Origin: the human T2T-CHM13v2.0 reference genome, Homo sapiens
Assembly (NCBI RefSeq): GCF_009914755.1
Contig: NC_060929.1
Length of the DNA: 64,000 bases
Strand: one strand, 5' to 3'
Position 1 is the stretch's first letter, and each line of letters opens with the position of its first letter. A program made the translations under genes and the position numbers. The notes under the pieces are model-generated. The model did not search any database, was not told the origin of the DNA, and saw nothing but the letters and a program-made list of their open reading frames with translations. Shown here piece by piece: positions 1 through 15,129 of the stretch.

Positions 1-1736
1 TTAATCAGAATAGAAGTACCTTAAATTACATTAAACTGTATTTGCTTTAAGAATGCAACAGGCAAGAAGGAAGTGACTATAAAATGATTGATTTGGATAT
101 AAATACAATAAATATGCTCTATGTCTTTGAAGTATTGCGTTTTTAATGCATCATACACCTTTAGATTTCTGAACTAGAGATATTGCACCATGAATTTAAT
201 GTAGCACTTTTGAATTACTAAAATACATTGATATATTTATTTAATTACTCCTGGAAAATAGCAGACTTTACAGTTATTAAAAAATAGACCTAGAAACCAC
301 AAGATAATTAATGATAAGATAGATCAATAAATTATGTTTAGAAATATAGAGACTTTATAATTACATGTTAGGGGCATTATCAGATTAAACTTAACTGTTG
401 CATTTCTGGATCTTGAATAAAGTGTAAAAATTAAAGGGGATTTAGAAGGGAAGTATATTTATTTAGGAAAAAAGAAAGACAAAAACTAGGTTATCAAAAA
501 TAAGTTAGCCAGATTTTCATGAGAGTAAGAGAAACACTGAGAGAAAGGAGATGTGAGAGAAAATGAAAGAGACTATAGAAATTGAGACAAATTTAGGTGA
601 ACTCTGATGGCAATGTGCAATGTTTTATATTCTTATAAATGGCACAACGATGGTACCACAAGTACCAATACAAAGTTTTGGTGAGTACTTTTGGTGAGAT
701 TGCATCTACCTCACTCAAAATTGGAACAATACTCAAACTGAAGCAATTATCTTGTAATGAAGAAAAATATAAATATGGAAGAACTTGATAAGAAGTTTGG
801 ACCACAAAGAGTAAGGTCAAAAAGTAGAATATTTTAATTATCATTTTTTAAAGTTTGTCTTGAATCATTGACCTTGAGAATTCTGGTAACCAATTACCCA
901 CCACTTCTTCCACTAACTCTGGTCATGTCAGTGTGGGTGATATAGCTTGTCATTGCATTTTTGAATTGTCTCACTTAATCTGGTCACCAACATAGTAGCA
1001 GAAAAGTCCAAGGTCTTCTGGGGAAAGTCCAGAGCCTTTTCATCTACTTCCAATTGCAAGTTGTTCTGATATTAATACGGTCAGGTTTTCTGTTGCCTAA
1101 AGTTCTCGCTATTGTTAGCATTAATAAGATTATTTAAATGAGTACAAATGTGTGGGTCTCAAGTAATGTGTTCTCACCACTACAAAAATAAATAAATACA
1201 TAAAAATAAAGACTCAACATAAATTTAATTCAATGAAACAGAAAGTTAGATTAATCAGGGGTTCTCATTTTGCTACATTTAAGTTGACTTTTTCCACTGA
1301 CCTTTTCCATCCTTCTTTTCTTCTTTTTAAAATTGTTTTACTAAATTTTGAATTTTTATGATAAAATACTTTAAGATAATAAATTCTGTTTTATGCTATT
1401 TAATACTTAGTAAGCAAACAGTATCCCTACTAAATAACTATTTATATAGAATCTTTATAGAAGTTTATCATTTAGAAAAACAGCAACATATTATCTTAAC
1501 TGACTTTAATGCTCATGTTTTCCCACATGGAACGTCAGTGTTACATTTTTTGAAAGCCCTGTGCAGACATATGTTTCGATTTAATGATGCATCACATTAA
1601 ATAACCTTTTTTGGGGGGAGGAACATAATAGTTATCATTAAGTTTTTATAAAATTTTACTGTAAAAAAGCCATAAATATTCTTTGAATAACATGAGAACA
1701 AACAAGATCTATCAAAAAAATTTAAAAATATACTAT

Positions 1737-4550
1737 AAGGGGAGTGACATAATTAAGATGGTGAAATAGAAGACAGCCTGCTCATTTTCCCCCAAAACAG
1801 CAACAATTCTGCACTCATCAATAGTTAAAAATCTTTCTTCAGGAGCTTCAGGATTCAGGTAGGAGTTTGTGAACTCCAGCAGAACACAAGACCTTGGAGG
1901 GTTGTTTTGAGGGCAAACTGACACCCAGGTGGCTGATCCACCAAGGTCGCTCCTGGATTCAAGCATGGAAATGGCCTAGCCTTTCAAGGGGCTTGGGTAC
2001 AGTCCCATTTGGCTTTCAGCCTGCAAGCAAAAGCATTTGCCAAGCAGTCTAGAAGGAATCATGCACACTAGTACCTTGAAGGAAAGGGTCATCTGTCCAC
2101 TGACACCAGTAGCACCTGAAAGTGGCCCTGTGGCTCTGCTTCAGCCTTCTTGAGCTGAGATCCCAGCTAAGAGTGGCTTATACAAGGATACAGAGAGAGA
2201 ATCAGCCATATGTTGCAGTCTGGGCCTCCCTGATGGGCTCACCAAGCTCTGTCACAGAGCATATCCCATGAGGACACAATCTCAACTGTAGCCTTTCTCA
2301 CTGCAGTGAGGAAACTATACCATCTGCGCAGGCACTTGCTGGGAGATGTGCACCCCTGTGAGCCAAAAAGACTGGGCTCTACAGCCTCTGCCCCACATTG
2401 GACTCCAAAAAGCCCCATCTCAGCTCCAGCCACTGCCTCGCACCCCTATGTGGCAACAGGAGAACTATGTCAATTTTGCAGAGACTTGTTGAGGGATACA
2501 TGGCTCTCTAATTTAATAGGACCAGGCTCTCCAGCCTCAGCCCCATAGAAGATCCCAAGAGAGCTCAGTATTGGCTCCAGCTCCTCCAGCTGCAGTTGGG
2601 AAATTATCCCATATGTACAGAGTTCTCTTGGGAGCTGCATAGCTTCTGAGACACTGGAACTGTACTCTCCAGTCTCTGTTCTACAGATTTCGAGGGGGCT
2701 CAGTCTCAGCTTCAGCACCTCCTGCTGCAGTCCATCTATGCAAGGACTTTCTGGGAGATGTGTGCCTGTCTGAGTGAATGTGACAGGCAACTTCCATCCC
2801 ACAACAAATCTGAAGGAGGCCTCACCTCATTTCTGGCAATTTCTGTTCTAGTCAAGGACCCATTCTACTCATGCAGAGACCTACTGAGAGGCATGCTTAC
2901 CTGGGCTACCAGGACAGTCTTCTGAACTCAGGGCCCTGGCCAGCATACCCACACAGCCCCAGTACCCTGCTTGGGTTTTCCCCTCATACATTTGGGCCAC
3001 AAAGCCACATCAACCACAGAGTACTTGCAAGACTTGTGACAGGCCTTGGCTTAGAATATCGCATAGTTCTGAGATGGCTGAAGTGACCACAGGTTCAGGA
3101 AACACAACAGTCAGTCTGCTTAGAAGCCCTGGAGATCCCTCTGAAGAAAAACAGGCACAAACAAAGCCAAATTGCATAGACCAAGATGAACACCAAATCT
3201 CTCAATGCACATTGATATTGTCACACTTCCACAGACATCAAGGACATTCAGGGTAGCATGACATCACTAAAATGGACAAAAAAATAAGGTGCCAGAGACT
3301 GGCGCTAAAGTGATGGGGATGTGTGATCTTTCAGACAAAGAATTAAAACTACCTGTTTTAAGGAAGCTCAATGAACTTTAAGAAAACACAATGAATCAAT
3401 TCAGAATTTTCTCAGATAAATTTAACAGAGAGATTGAAGTAATTTTAAAAATCAAAAAGATACTCTAGAGCTAAACATTATAATGAATGAAATATAAAAT
3501 ACAAACAAATTGATCACATGGAAGAAAGAATCAGTGAGCTTGAAGGCAGACTATTTAAAAATGCATAGTCAAGGGAGAAAAAAAGAAAAAAAATCAAAAG
3601 GACTGAAAAAAGCTTACAGAATTTGTCGTACAACATCAAAAGAGCGAAAATGTGCTGTTAAAGAGGGATCTGAAAAACAAAGCATTAAAAAGCTTTTTTA
3701 AAAAGAAGAAAAAAAAAAACAACATTAAAAGAAAACTTTCCAAACCTGGAGAAAGATACAACTATCTATGTACAGGAAGGTCAAAGGTCACCAATCAGAT
3801 GCAACTAAATATGAATACCTCAGTACATATAATCAGAATCTCAAAGGTCAAAGACAATGAGAGGATTCTGAAAGAAGCAAAAGAAAATAAGCAAGTAAAG
3901 TATAAGAAATACCCAGTACACCTGGCAACAGACTTCTCAGCGGAAACCTTGCAGGCTAGGAAGGAGCGGGACATTATATATAGAATGCTTAAGGAAAATT
4001 TTTGCCAACTAAGAATATCATAACTGGAAAAGATTTCTTTCAGAATTGAGAGATAAGGCTTTCTCAAAGCTGAGAGAAAGTTTCACTACCAGATATGTTC
4101 TACAAGTATTGCTAAAGGGAATTCTTAAACCAAAAAAAAAGAGAAAAAAACAAGATGCTAGTGTGATTGTTCACTAATATTGTAAATATGAAGTATAATC
4201 ACCTATATCTTTACTAGGAAGACTAAAAGATAAAAATAATTAAAAATAATAATACTTAACAACAATTTGTCAAGGTAGGCAATATAAAATGCAAATTGTG
4301 ACATCAAAAATTTTAAATGTGGGGAAAGAAGGAAAGTAATGTGTATGGGTTTTGTTGTTAATATGTTTCATTTTTTCATATTGTGACTAATATTAAGTTG
4401 CTTTAAGTTTTAAATAACTTGTTATAACAGTTGGATATTTTTGTAAATCCTTTGCTAATCACAAAGCAAACTTATAATACACTATTTTTTAAAAAAAATA
4501 AAATATACCACCAGAGATAAAGGAAGACAACAATAAATACAGCAAGAAAG
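1737..4550 (+). mobile_element. Old LINE-1 (L1M-type) 5' portion: 5'UTR, decayed ORF1 and inter-ORF region
   Basis: Starts GGGGAGTGACATAATTAAGATGG (L1 5' start-like), followed by a GC-richer 5'UTR to ~3250. The ORF at 3652-4023 (KVKDNERILKEAKENKQVKYKKYPVHLATDFSAETLQARKERDIIYRMLKENFCQLRIS) resembles the L1 ORF1p C-terminus (IRLTADLSAETLQARREWGPIFNILKEKNFQPRIS). Frameshifts and stops are present. Confidence 0.88.
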
Positions 4551-4554
4551 AATG

Positions 4555-4747
4555 AAAACAGAAAAGGAAGGAAGGAATGAGGGAAGGAGCGGAGGAAGTA
4601 AGGGAAGAAGGAAAGAAGGAAGGGGAGGAAGGGGAGGAAAGAAAGACAGAAAGAGAAAGAAAGGAAGGAAGGCAGGCAGGAAGGAAGGAAGGAAGGAAGG
4701 AGAGAGAGAAAGAAAAAGAAAGAAAGAGAGGGAGGGAGGGAGAGAAG
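4555..4747. repeat. Purine-rich (GGAA/GAAA/GGGA)n low-complexity tract
   Basis: About 190 bp of almost pure A/G, seen directly. Confidence 0.95.
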
Positions 4748-4804
4748 GATGTTATAAAACAACTATAAAACAAGTAGTAAAATGGCAATAGTAAAATGGC
4801 AATA

Positions 4805-5022
4805 ACTTATAAATATATAAATATATAAATTATATAAGTATATATAGGTATATAATATATATAACTATAAATTATATTTATAGCAAATACATTGTATAAT
4901 ATGTGTATTGTAATATATATAGTATTTGCTTTAATTATATATTATATATAATCTTTGCTTTTACATATTTATAATCTTTGCTTTAATTATATGTCATATA
5001 TAAATATAATTATATACGTATG
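4805..5022. repeat. Degenerate (TA)n AT-rich simple repeat
   Basis: TATA/TATAA runs, seen directly. Confidence 0.85.
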
Positions 5023-5588
5023 TGAGAAAATATAGACTTTAGAAATTTCAATAAAATAAGGTTTTAATTATATGTTGTTACCTTATACCCTTTAGATATA
5101 TTTGTTTGTTATTTAAAATTTTTTGAGCAAATATAGATAGCACTGAAGATCAATATTAATAGGGGGCTTAAAAGTTTTAATGAACTTAAAATCTAAAACA
5201 AATTAGTATTCAACCAGCTAAAATTAATAACAACATAATTAACAAGTAATTAATTTGATGAGTAATTGGCTTTCATAAATACATAAATTAATGTTAGCAT
5301 GGAAGCATATTGACAATGATAAACGTAATTCTTCTTGGAGCCTTGTGTATGACTATGGAGTGTCTATGACCATGCCACATAATAATAAATTATTTGTAGT
5401 AGATTGAATTTTTTTGCATTTAAACTTTTTAAGATATTAAATAAAATCCTTTCCTTTGTAAGAGAAACCTGAACTCCCACAACAGATATTTGAAAATCAT
5501 AGTTTCACAGATTGCTGCACAAAGTAAACAAAAAAAGTTTGTTTTAGGCATAGAGATATATTTCAAACTTCATGATGAATGATACCAC

Positions 5589-5970
5589 TGTTATAGTTTA
5601 AACGACCCCAAAGGTATTCCCAAAATTCATGTGTTGAAAACTGTCCCCAGTGCAACAGTGTTGAGACGTGGAAACTTTAGAGGTAATTAGGTTATCAGAG
5701 CTCTGCCCTCTTGTCATTATTGTGGGAATGTATTAGTTATTTTGCAAATCTATTCATGACAAAATGATCAGATCAGCCCCTTTCCCCACCTTCTCCCAGG
5801 CATGCGCATGTGTACACATTCTCTTGCAGTTCTGCCTCCTGCCATTACATGATGTAGCAGGAATGTCCTTCCAAATGCTGGCCCCTCAACCCCAGCTTCC
5901 AGAAATAAATCTCTGTTCTTTGTAATCCAGTCTCAGGTATTCTGTTACAGCAGCCTAAACTGGACTAAGA
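5589..5970 (+). mobile_element. MaLR solo LTR, MST family (MSTB/C/D-like)
   Basis: TGTTATAGTTTAAA...CCCAAAATTCATGTGTTGAAAAC...AATAAATCTCTGTTCTTT...CAGTCTCAGGTATTCTGTTACAGCAGC...GGACTAAGA matches the MST LTR layout. Confidence 0.82.
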
Positions 5971-6538
5971 TGGCAGCCATTACTGGAATCATTTTGTCTA
6001 AAACTTGATGATTAATTCTTTGCTTGTTATGCTTGAAATTTATTTATCTTATAGCATTTTACTTGAGTGATTGTTATTTTAAGTCCTGCTGAAAGGTAAA
6101 TTGAATGTGGTACAAGTTATGCATACATGTATAACCGGAATTCAGCTTATGAATCGTGGACAATAAAAGCATCCTATAAGAATATAACATGGATTAGTTT
6201 TAGAGAGTCTAGAAAAATCAAATATAACATAGCCTCAAAAGTCCATGTGACCTTTTCCAATTGATGCTTGAGAAATGATTTATTTATGAAAGAAATTGCT
6301 TAGTCTTCAGATAATTGGCCAAACCAGCGAGGTAGCTTCTATTTGGCCAGTACGTTTCTTTCTCAAAGGTAACCTTATATGGGTTAGTTCTGTTTCCTAA
6401 GTTGATCCATCTTGCATATAAATGTGTACTTTGGAAGTTATGCTATAGACCAAAGAGTGAGAGTAAAATCTACCATTTAAGTGTATATATATTTATTTTG
6501 GAATTTAGAAAGAAAAAAACAAAAGAAAGAACAGGTGG

Positions 6539-7077
6539 AATTCAACCCAGCAATCTCATTACTGGGTATATACGCAAAAGAATATAAATCATTCTATTAT
6601 AAAGATTCATGCATGCGAATGTTCTTTGCAGCACTATTCACAATAGCAAAGTCATAGAATCAACCTAATGGCCATGAGTGATAGACTGGATAAAGAAAAC
6701 GTGGTATCTATGCATTAGGGAATATTATGCAGCCATAAAAAAGAATGAGATTATGTCCTTTGAAGGGACATGGATGGAAGTGAAGGCCATTATCCTTAGC
6801 AAACTAATGCAGAAACAGAAAACCAAATACTGCATGTTCTCATGTATAACTGGGAACTAAGTGATGAGAACACATGGACACACAGAGAGTAACAACACAC
6901 ACTGGGGCATATAGGAGGGTGAAGGATGGGAGGAATAAGAGGATCAGGAAAAATAACAAATGAGTACTAGACTTATTCTCTGGGTGACAGAATAATCTCC
7001 ACAACAAACCTCCATGACACAATTTTACCTAGATAACAAGCATGCACACGTACCCTTGAACTTAAAAGTTAAAAAAA
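6539..7077 (+). mobile_element. 5'-truncated L1 3' end (older L1PA, roughly PA13-16)
   Basis: ORF2 C-terminal remnant (IDWIKKTWY...EYYAAIKKNEIMSF.GTWME...ILSKL.QKQKTKYCMFS), then a 3'UTR and a short A tail. Confidence 0.93.
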
Positions 7078-8229
7078 GTGAGTGGAAAGGAAAGGCCTTA
7101 GCATTTTTTTTATATATATGGTTCCTGGCTGGGAAGTATAAGGGGAAAATTTCAACTGCCTTTTAGCTTAATAGATTTCTGTTGTTTTCTATAGGTATGA
7201 TTGCTACAGTTACCTAAAACTTGATCTTATTTATAAGTGTTATCTTATTGTTTGTTACTTTTTTGAATTTAGAAAAAATCAATAAATGATGAATCCTGGC
7301 AAGTGTTTAATGCCAAGAAAAAAGTATATAATTTTTATTTCTGTTTTTCATACAAATTAAAAAATCAAACTGTAAAGTAAATATAGAAATTACTATTTAA
7401 CTGTTTCATTTCCTCTGATATTTTTCTGCTTACTTTGTAAATTTTTATGTATTATTCCTAGTTTCATGAGTTTTAATGATATGTTTATTTTACTTAAATT
7501 TTAATTTCATGCATTTTCTTTTTCATCTCAACAAAACTTTCAATTTTACATAATCAGAATGAAGGGAATTACCAGCTAAAACAGAATCTTTCAGAGGATT
7601 AATTTAGCTTTGTAAAGTCAACTCCTTTGAAATGACTTTTTTGTTGAATTGGGAGAATTAGTAACTTTTTCCCATGAGTTATACAAATAGCAAAAATAAA
7701 CAAACCAAAAAAAACTTTCTAAATAAGAATGCTTGCTAATCTAAACAGGATGAAATTGGAGATGAAGGGTAAATTTGAGCATAGGATAAATTTATCTTAT
7801 ACAATGACATTTATAGAAGTTTTTTAGTACAAAGTCAATCATCACTTCAATAGGGATGTTCAGGAAGTTTATGATTGATGGATTCAGATTTATGTGAACC
7901 TGAGCATCGCTATTCAATGCCAATTGAATACTTATTCATTCAGTTTAGTTATCATTAATTGAAGAATATAATTGGCAGATGTTTAGAATAACTTATAAAA
8001 TTATTTTATGATAATTCATGTACATATTTATCCAAAATCATCTCAGACACTGCCATCCTTTTCTGGGTCCTTTTCTGGGAACTTTAATGATAGGTGGTCA
8101 CTAAAAGTTTGAAAATCAACACTGTTTCCTCAAGGCAGTAATAGAGCAGAGGGCATTTGCAATGCAGGCTTTTAATTATTATAATTTTGTTGCTGCCCTT
8201 ATTTGAGGTAAGTGGAAAGCCACCAATTC

Positions 8230-9425
8230 ACCTTCACCTCCACTGTTCACAGTTTTCTCACACCATGACTTCACTGAGACGTAACCCGCAGTTGCCAGGA
8301 TGGCCCTAATGCCACAAAGTATTGTCAAATTTAGCTCACTGACCTCATTGTCAGAAAATTGCTAGACAGGTGCCACCATATTATACAATATTGAAGATAA
8401 AAAACTTATCACCCACACTTTTCTCACTTACAATAATCTTTTGAAAACACCTCTCATTGAAGTGTGTAGATTTCTGTTATGACTTGAAGTTAACTGACAC
8501 CTCTCCTGACATGAAGTAATCTTTTAAAAGTCCCTCAAGGTTTGGTTCTAAGACCTATTGACAATCTACATTTTTTCCCTGGGTAACATCATTACTATAC
8601 CATCTACATTATAGGTTCTATATTCTTTAAACCATCATATTTACATATTCAAGCCCAATTGTTTTTCATAAGTTCATGCTTGTATGTCACACTGCCTATT
8701 TATCATTATTTGATAGTTCACAGTCAGAGAAACATTACAACATGTTTGAAGCTTGCTCACCTATACCTCCTCTACCTGTTCACTCTCCCAGCATTGTGAA
8801 TAATTACATCCCTGTCTGCATACTTACCAAAGCCAGAAACTAGGAGCATTCCATTTGAAATTTTTTTTTAAAACCAATATATTTAATGGCTCAAAATGTT
8901 CTGTTGATCCTTTTTTCAAACACATGTTTATATACTTCTCTCTCTCTTCAACCTTTGACCATTCTCAAATGTTTTGCAATGTTATACAAGCCTATGACAC
9001 ATTTACCTCTGGGGCAGCATCTGGTGAGGCGCCCCCTCTTATGAAGATCATTTTAGATACAGTGACCTTCTAAATGGCCCTAGAAAATTTTATGCTGTTT
9101 TATACTAGGCATGTCTGCCCCTTCGGACTTGAAAAAAAATTATGTAGTTCTTTTATTCTGGCTCCTTCCCATCTTTGATGTCTTTGATGCTGTCATTTAG
9201 AAGGTCTTTCCTGAACCCCTTGCCCCATTAATCTTTACCCATTACTAGTTATTTCCTTCTTAGCTCTTATCACATGTATTATTATTTTTTCTTTTCTACT
9301 TTCTTTATTATCAATCATGTATAATTTAAATTTGGTAATAAAATACACTTGCCTGTTTTACACTCGAATCCAAAACATAGGGCTGAAACATAAGAGATTC
9401 TTAATAAATACCACGTAAATAAAAC
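8230..9425 (+). mobile_element. Highly diverged L2 LINE fragment
   Basis: Degenerate matches to L2 motifs (TCCCTGGGTAACATCAT, CACTGCCTATT, CAAAGCCAGAAACTAGGAGC) and an L2 3'-end-like CTTAATAAATAC. Boundaries are approximate. Confidence 0.6.
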
Positions 9426-10137
9426 CATAAAGTGTATCACATTATTTTAAAAAATGTTTTTATAAAATTACATAGTAAAAAATGGTAGATTGTAGAAAAC
9501 TAAGTTAATTGTCTAACACCTCCTACTCCTCATTCCTTTCCCCAGAAATCAGAACTCTTAGTACTCTTAGTTCTTCCAATTTTTGGTTCCAGGTCTCTAA
9601 ATTCTATGTATGCTGTAGCTATTATTTCATGCGTCAACGTTAGATATTGACCACTTTCTGCTGGAGTGAGTGAGGATTTTCTCATGAACTCATATCCCTT
9701 CAATCTTCATTCCCTAATTGCTTTCATTGCTAGTTCATCACCACTTTCATTTTCTTTAGTGGACATACAAATTTAATCTTCAAAACAACTTCCTTTAAGA
9801 ATAGGCTGACTCTTCTGACCATTCAGTTTTTAATATTTATTTTCAACATTTATGTTTTCATTATTTTGTTCATTTCAACTCTCCTCTTTTTACCTCCAAA
9901 CTCTGTTCACTATACTTTTAAATTCAAAAAGAAAAATAATGTTTAATTTTTAGTTTATAATCATATATGACAATAAAAGTTTAATACTAAATGATAATGG
10001 CTACATGAATATTAGAATTAAATATTGTATGTGCTGATGATATGGTAGAATACAATTCCTTCTCTGAGATCCCAATTCCATAACCCAGAAGCCAGTAAAA
10101 AATATATAATCATGATAAAAAGTCCTATGTTTTTCTG

Positions 10138-10219
10138 TTATTCTCTCTCTCTTTCTCTGCCTCTCTTTTTTTCCCTCTCTTTCACACACATGCGTGCACA
10201 CACACACACACACACACAC
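10138..10219. repeat. (CT)n/(CA)n compound microsatellite
   Basis: Seen directly. Confidence 0.9.
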
Positions 10220-10669
10220 TTACCTTCTTATCCACTCACCTCTTCTTCCAAATTAGACCATGGTTTGGTTGACTTCCTATTTTTAACATTACTTTCATGT
10301 ATAATTTTTGTTGTCTTTTTTGCTAGAGTAATGATTGCTGCCATTGTATTGATTGATTACATGCTCTCTCTTTCTTATATCATTAATTTCACCTAAAGTG
10401 TGGATTCTACCAAAAAAATCTATAATCTGCCTTTTCTTTTCTTTTTACCTCTTTCAAAGACCCTGGACCGCCTCTTCTTTTTTTATTGTGGTTGTTTTCC
10501 ATTTCGTCTCCTCTTCCGTCTACCTGAAACTCATGTCTCTTCTCTTGTGGATCAGTCACTGTATTCTGTATTCTGTGTCTTCTTTTTTAAAATTTTTGTA
10601 CTTTAATATTTGCTGGATTACATACATTATCAAGTGAGTTCTAAAAAGTGAATATGTTGGGCATAGCCA

Positions 10670-10795
10670 TACAGACAGAGAGACAGAGACAGAGAGATGT
10701 ATGTGTGTGTTGTGTGTGTATGTGTGTGTGTAATGTCTGTCAGTGGGTGTATATGTATAAATATATTGAGAGAGATGGGGAGGAGAGAGGGAGAG
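10670..10795. repeat. (GA)n/(TG)n compound microsatellite
   Basis: Seen directly. Confidence 0.8.
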
Positions 10796-11294
10796 ATCTA
10801 TTAGTCACTAGCAGAGAGCAGAGTACAAGTTGAAAAACACAAAAATAATCCAATAAGTGATTGACGATGAAGAAAGATTTATAGAGAGAAAAATGATTAT
10901 AAGGAATGTGGTGTTCATAAACTAGAGAAGCGGAAATAGAGAACAATGAGCCATACTAATGCCAATAGACTGTGGTTAGTCAATTCAACTTAGTTCACAG
11001 AAAGGCGTGAGCTGTGATGGAAATTGTGGATGTGGCACTGGTAAGAGTTATTAGTAGATCTCCGTTGTATCCTGCAAGTAATCATATTTTACCTGAGATA
11101 CTGTCAAGCCTAGTTGATCCTTTTCTTTCAATTATTTCTGGCTTTCGTCTGAGTTCTTGCTTTCCTTATTGCTAATGCCCTAGAATGATACCTTCATTAT
11201 CTGAGTTAAACTTAATGGATATTGCTCTTCAGAATCAGAAGAAATTTCACTCATCTACGTGGAGAGCGTGAGAAAGTAAAAGACAAATATTTAA

Positions 11295-12255
11295 GTTTCT
11301 ATCATGTTTCCAATTTGACTTGTAAAGAGCTTGGAATTTGCCACTTCTATCCTCACAAGAAAAAATAACAAACAAACTAAAAATCAACTTCTTTTCTTAC
11401 ATCCGTCAGATAATTGAAGTCACAGGGCAAACTGCTTATCCTAAAATTGAAGAAACAGACAGGCAGATAAGAAAAATAGTACTTTACCTCAGTAGAAGCC
11501 TAGGAACAGAAGCCCACAGATAGATAATAACTTAGGGAGACTTAAGCTGTACTTGACAAATTGATGGAGGCTCAATGTAGAATAGTTTGAGAGTAAAATA
11601 CTCCAAGGGGGCCCAGACTCAGGGGAACTTCTACACTTCCCAGAGTTTTGCCACTAAGGAGCCCTACTCCTTCTCACCATAAAGATGGAAGATAAACACC
11701 ATCCTGATTTCAGTGCAGAGAGGGGAAATATATTTTTAGATATGCTCAGAGCTCTCTGTTATCCTTCACAGGGCCTGTCCTCAAGTGAAACTATTTCACT
11801 GGAGCCTAGCACTACCAGGCTTTACCAAAGCCTCACCAATGTGGAGAAAAAGAAATATTCATCTCTAGTTCCCTCTGTCCTTCCACATGGGGCAAGAGAA
11901 ATAGCCAACTCAGCCTCACTAAAAGACTAAGACCCAATCATAGAATTAGAGAAGGCTTCTCTCTGCCAACACCTTCCCATCACATCCATAGTGTTCCTTA
12001 TAATTACGAGCTATTACGGTTAAAACATCTACAAGCCTCAGAATCTATTTAACGAGTCTCTAGGAAAACCCAAAAACAACAGGGGAGACAACAACAAGCA
12101 TACTAGAGGAAATTTTAGCCTCGACGCTAAAGCTACAGCAGAATGCAAACAAAGCTGAACTCTTAGCCACATAAATATAAAATTAAAGGCCAACATACCT
12201 CACTGCCTTTCACCCAATACATCATATTCAACCTTCATCAGAAGACTGTAAGGCA
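11295..12255 (+). mobile_element. Ancient L1 5' region (L1MC-like 5' end)
   Basis: ATCCTCACAAGAAAAAA...AAACTAAAAATCAAC...GAAGTCACAGGGCAAACTGC and terminal CATCATATTCAACCTTCATCAGAAGACTGTAAGGCA resemble recalled L1MC 5'-end consensus. Confidence 0.65.
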
Positions 12256-13189
<934 letters not shown>

Positions 13190-15129
13190 CATGCTAAAAG
13201 GCATGTAACCTAAATTTGGTAATGAAATACATTATTAAATAATGAAATGTTATTAGCAAATTCCAAGAAGATCTAAAAATCTGAAATCACTAGTCTAAGA
13301 CATACTGAGACGAATGGCTGAAGTTGAAACCAAAGATAGAGGATTAATCTAGGTTGTCAAAGAATCTACCCTGTTGAGTATGAATTTTATTCTATAGTTA
13401 AGGGTATGTGTTTTTTAAAAAAAATATTTTTAAATATGCACTTTACATGCTAACACTGTAGTGTCAGAAAGAGCAATTATGACTCTCAGTTGGCACATAT
13501 CTATTATATATTTCTTTTAACATGCTGAATTTATATTTTTCTATAGATATAAAATCTTCCAATTTTTTTTCTCTGTCATCTATGGGATGTGAGAATAAAA
13601 GGAACTAGCATTGGTAAGCTCACAAATAAGCTTCTACGGATATTTGCAATACGCTTTGCATATTTTTCACTTTAAAGCAACATTCTAGTTAAGAATTAAG
13701 AGGAATATGATTTATTCCCTGCAAAATAACCTACATATTCTTTAATATAAAACATAAATATAAATGTGCTTCTTTTACCTAAAGTTTTTGTAAATACGAC
13801 ATTGATAAAGAATAGTAAACTGTAAAGTGCTAATATAAATTCAAACACATGCACACACATTACCACTTCCTACATACCTTGGTGATCTGAGATATGTGGT
13901 CTTCAAATTTTAACTTTATTATTGTTATTTTTATTTTGTTAACAATGAAATTATATTAATAGCAGCCTTATTAATCATAACATTAGAAATCATATGGTTT
14001 GAACATAAACAAAATAATTTCAATAATTTCATGGATTCTTACAAACAGATCAATGAGATGCAGACATCACTGACGAAGAAGGATTGGTACATTATTTTAT
14101 TGGCAGTCAGACAAGCACCGACTAACTTTCCTTTTTCATCTGCAAATGTAAGGCTATTAGAAGTTTGTGGCAGAAAGAATAATTACACAGTTTCCTGTAT
14201 GGAAGTGGCAGACAGAAAGAGAATGAAAGTTCTCTTCTGTTGGTTCACTTCTTGGAAACAACCAGTATAATAAAAAACTAGAGTGGGTCATTTTTTTTTC
14301 CTTTTTTAAAGAATTACACATGTACACATGAGTCCTACAAGCAAGAGCTTGCATTGTACAAGAACAGTGACCATTAGAATTTTTTTTTTAGGTTTTAATT
14401 TATATTTTACTGACAGGGGAGAGAAGAGCTCCAAATGCTTTCTATAACTCTTTTGTGTACTGATAGAATTTTCTATTCTATTTTCAACGATGATAGAGAA
14501 ATAAGTTTTCTTTCAAATATTTCTCATTTATTTTGTTCTTACTAAAAATGCTCAGTCTATTTAGCAGTATGTCTATTTTGTTTATGAGAATGAGCTGTGA
14601 CTTGTTCAAAGTTATCATTATAGTCAAGGTTGGAATAAGATTTTGTAATGCCAAAGTTTGCAGCATATAATGCCTTCACGTTAACATCTTATTTCATACC
14701 GTTGTCAATGTAAATAATACTTTATCCATTTAGAATTAATTCTGCTTTTCATAGTCTTTCAATGCTGGAAAAAGAAAAACAACTCATTATTTTTACTACA
14801 TTAAAATTTGACTCTGGAAACATTTATGTTCCCCAAAAATATTTTCTTTAAATATATTTCTTTTTTGTTTCATAATGTAAGGATATAGTTCATGATGATA
14901 AAGAAAATGAAGACAATTTAAAACATAACTGTAGAATCCAAATGAATAGTAACCTCTGTGGGTCAAGTTTTCAATAGAATAGATGGATGAATAAGTAGAT
15001 ATAGATAGAATTTGATTAAGTAGGGATTTGGTGTTTTTTGTTTGTACGAGTGAATGTTGGAAAACATGGGAGATTGGCAGAAATGAAAGTACAAGAATCT
15101 GTCCAAGAATTTTACGGAATTCCATGTAA

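Noticed and set aside
3652-4023. 123-aa ORF with real protein homology
   Set aside because: Frameshifted L1 ORF1p remnant, not a functional CDS.
4472-4791. Overlapping ORFs rich in F/L/S or R/K/E/G
   Set aside because: Stop-free translations of the GA-rich microsatellite.
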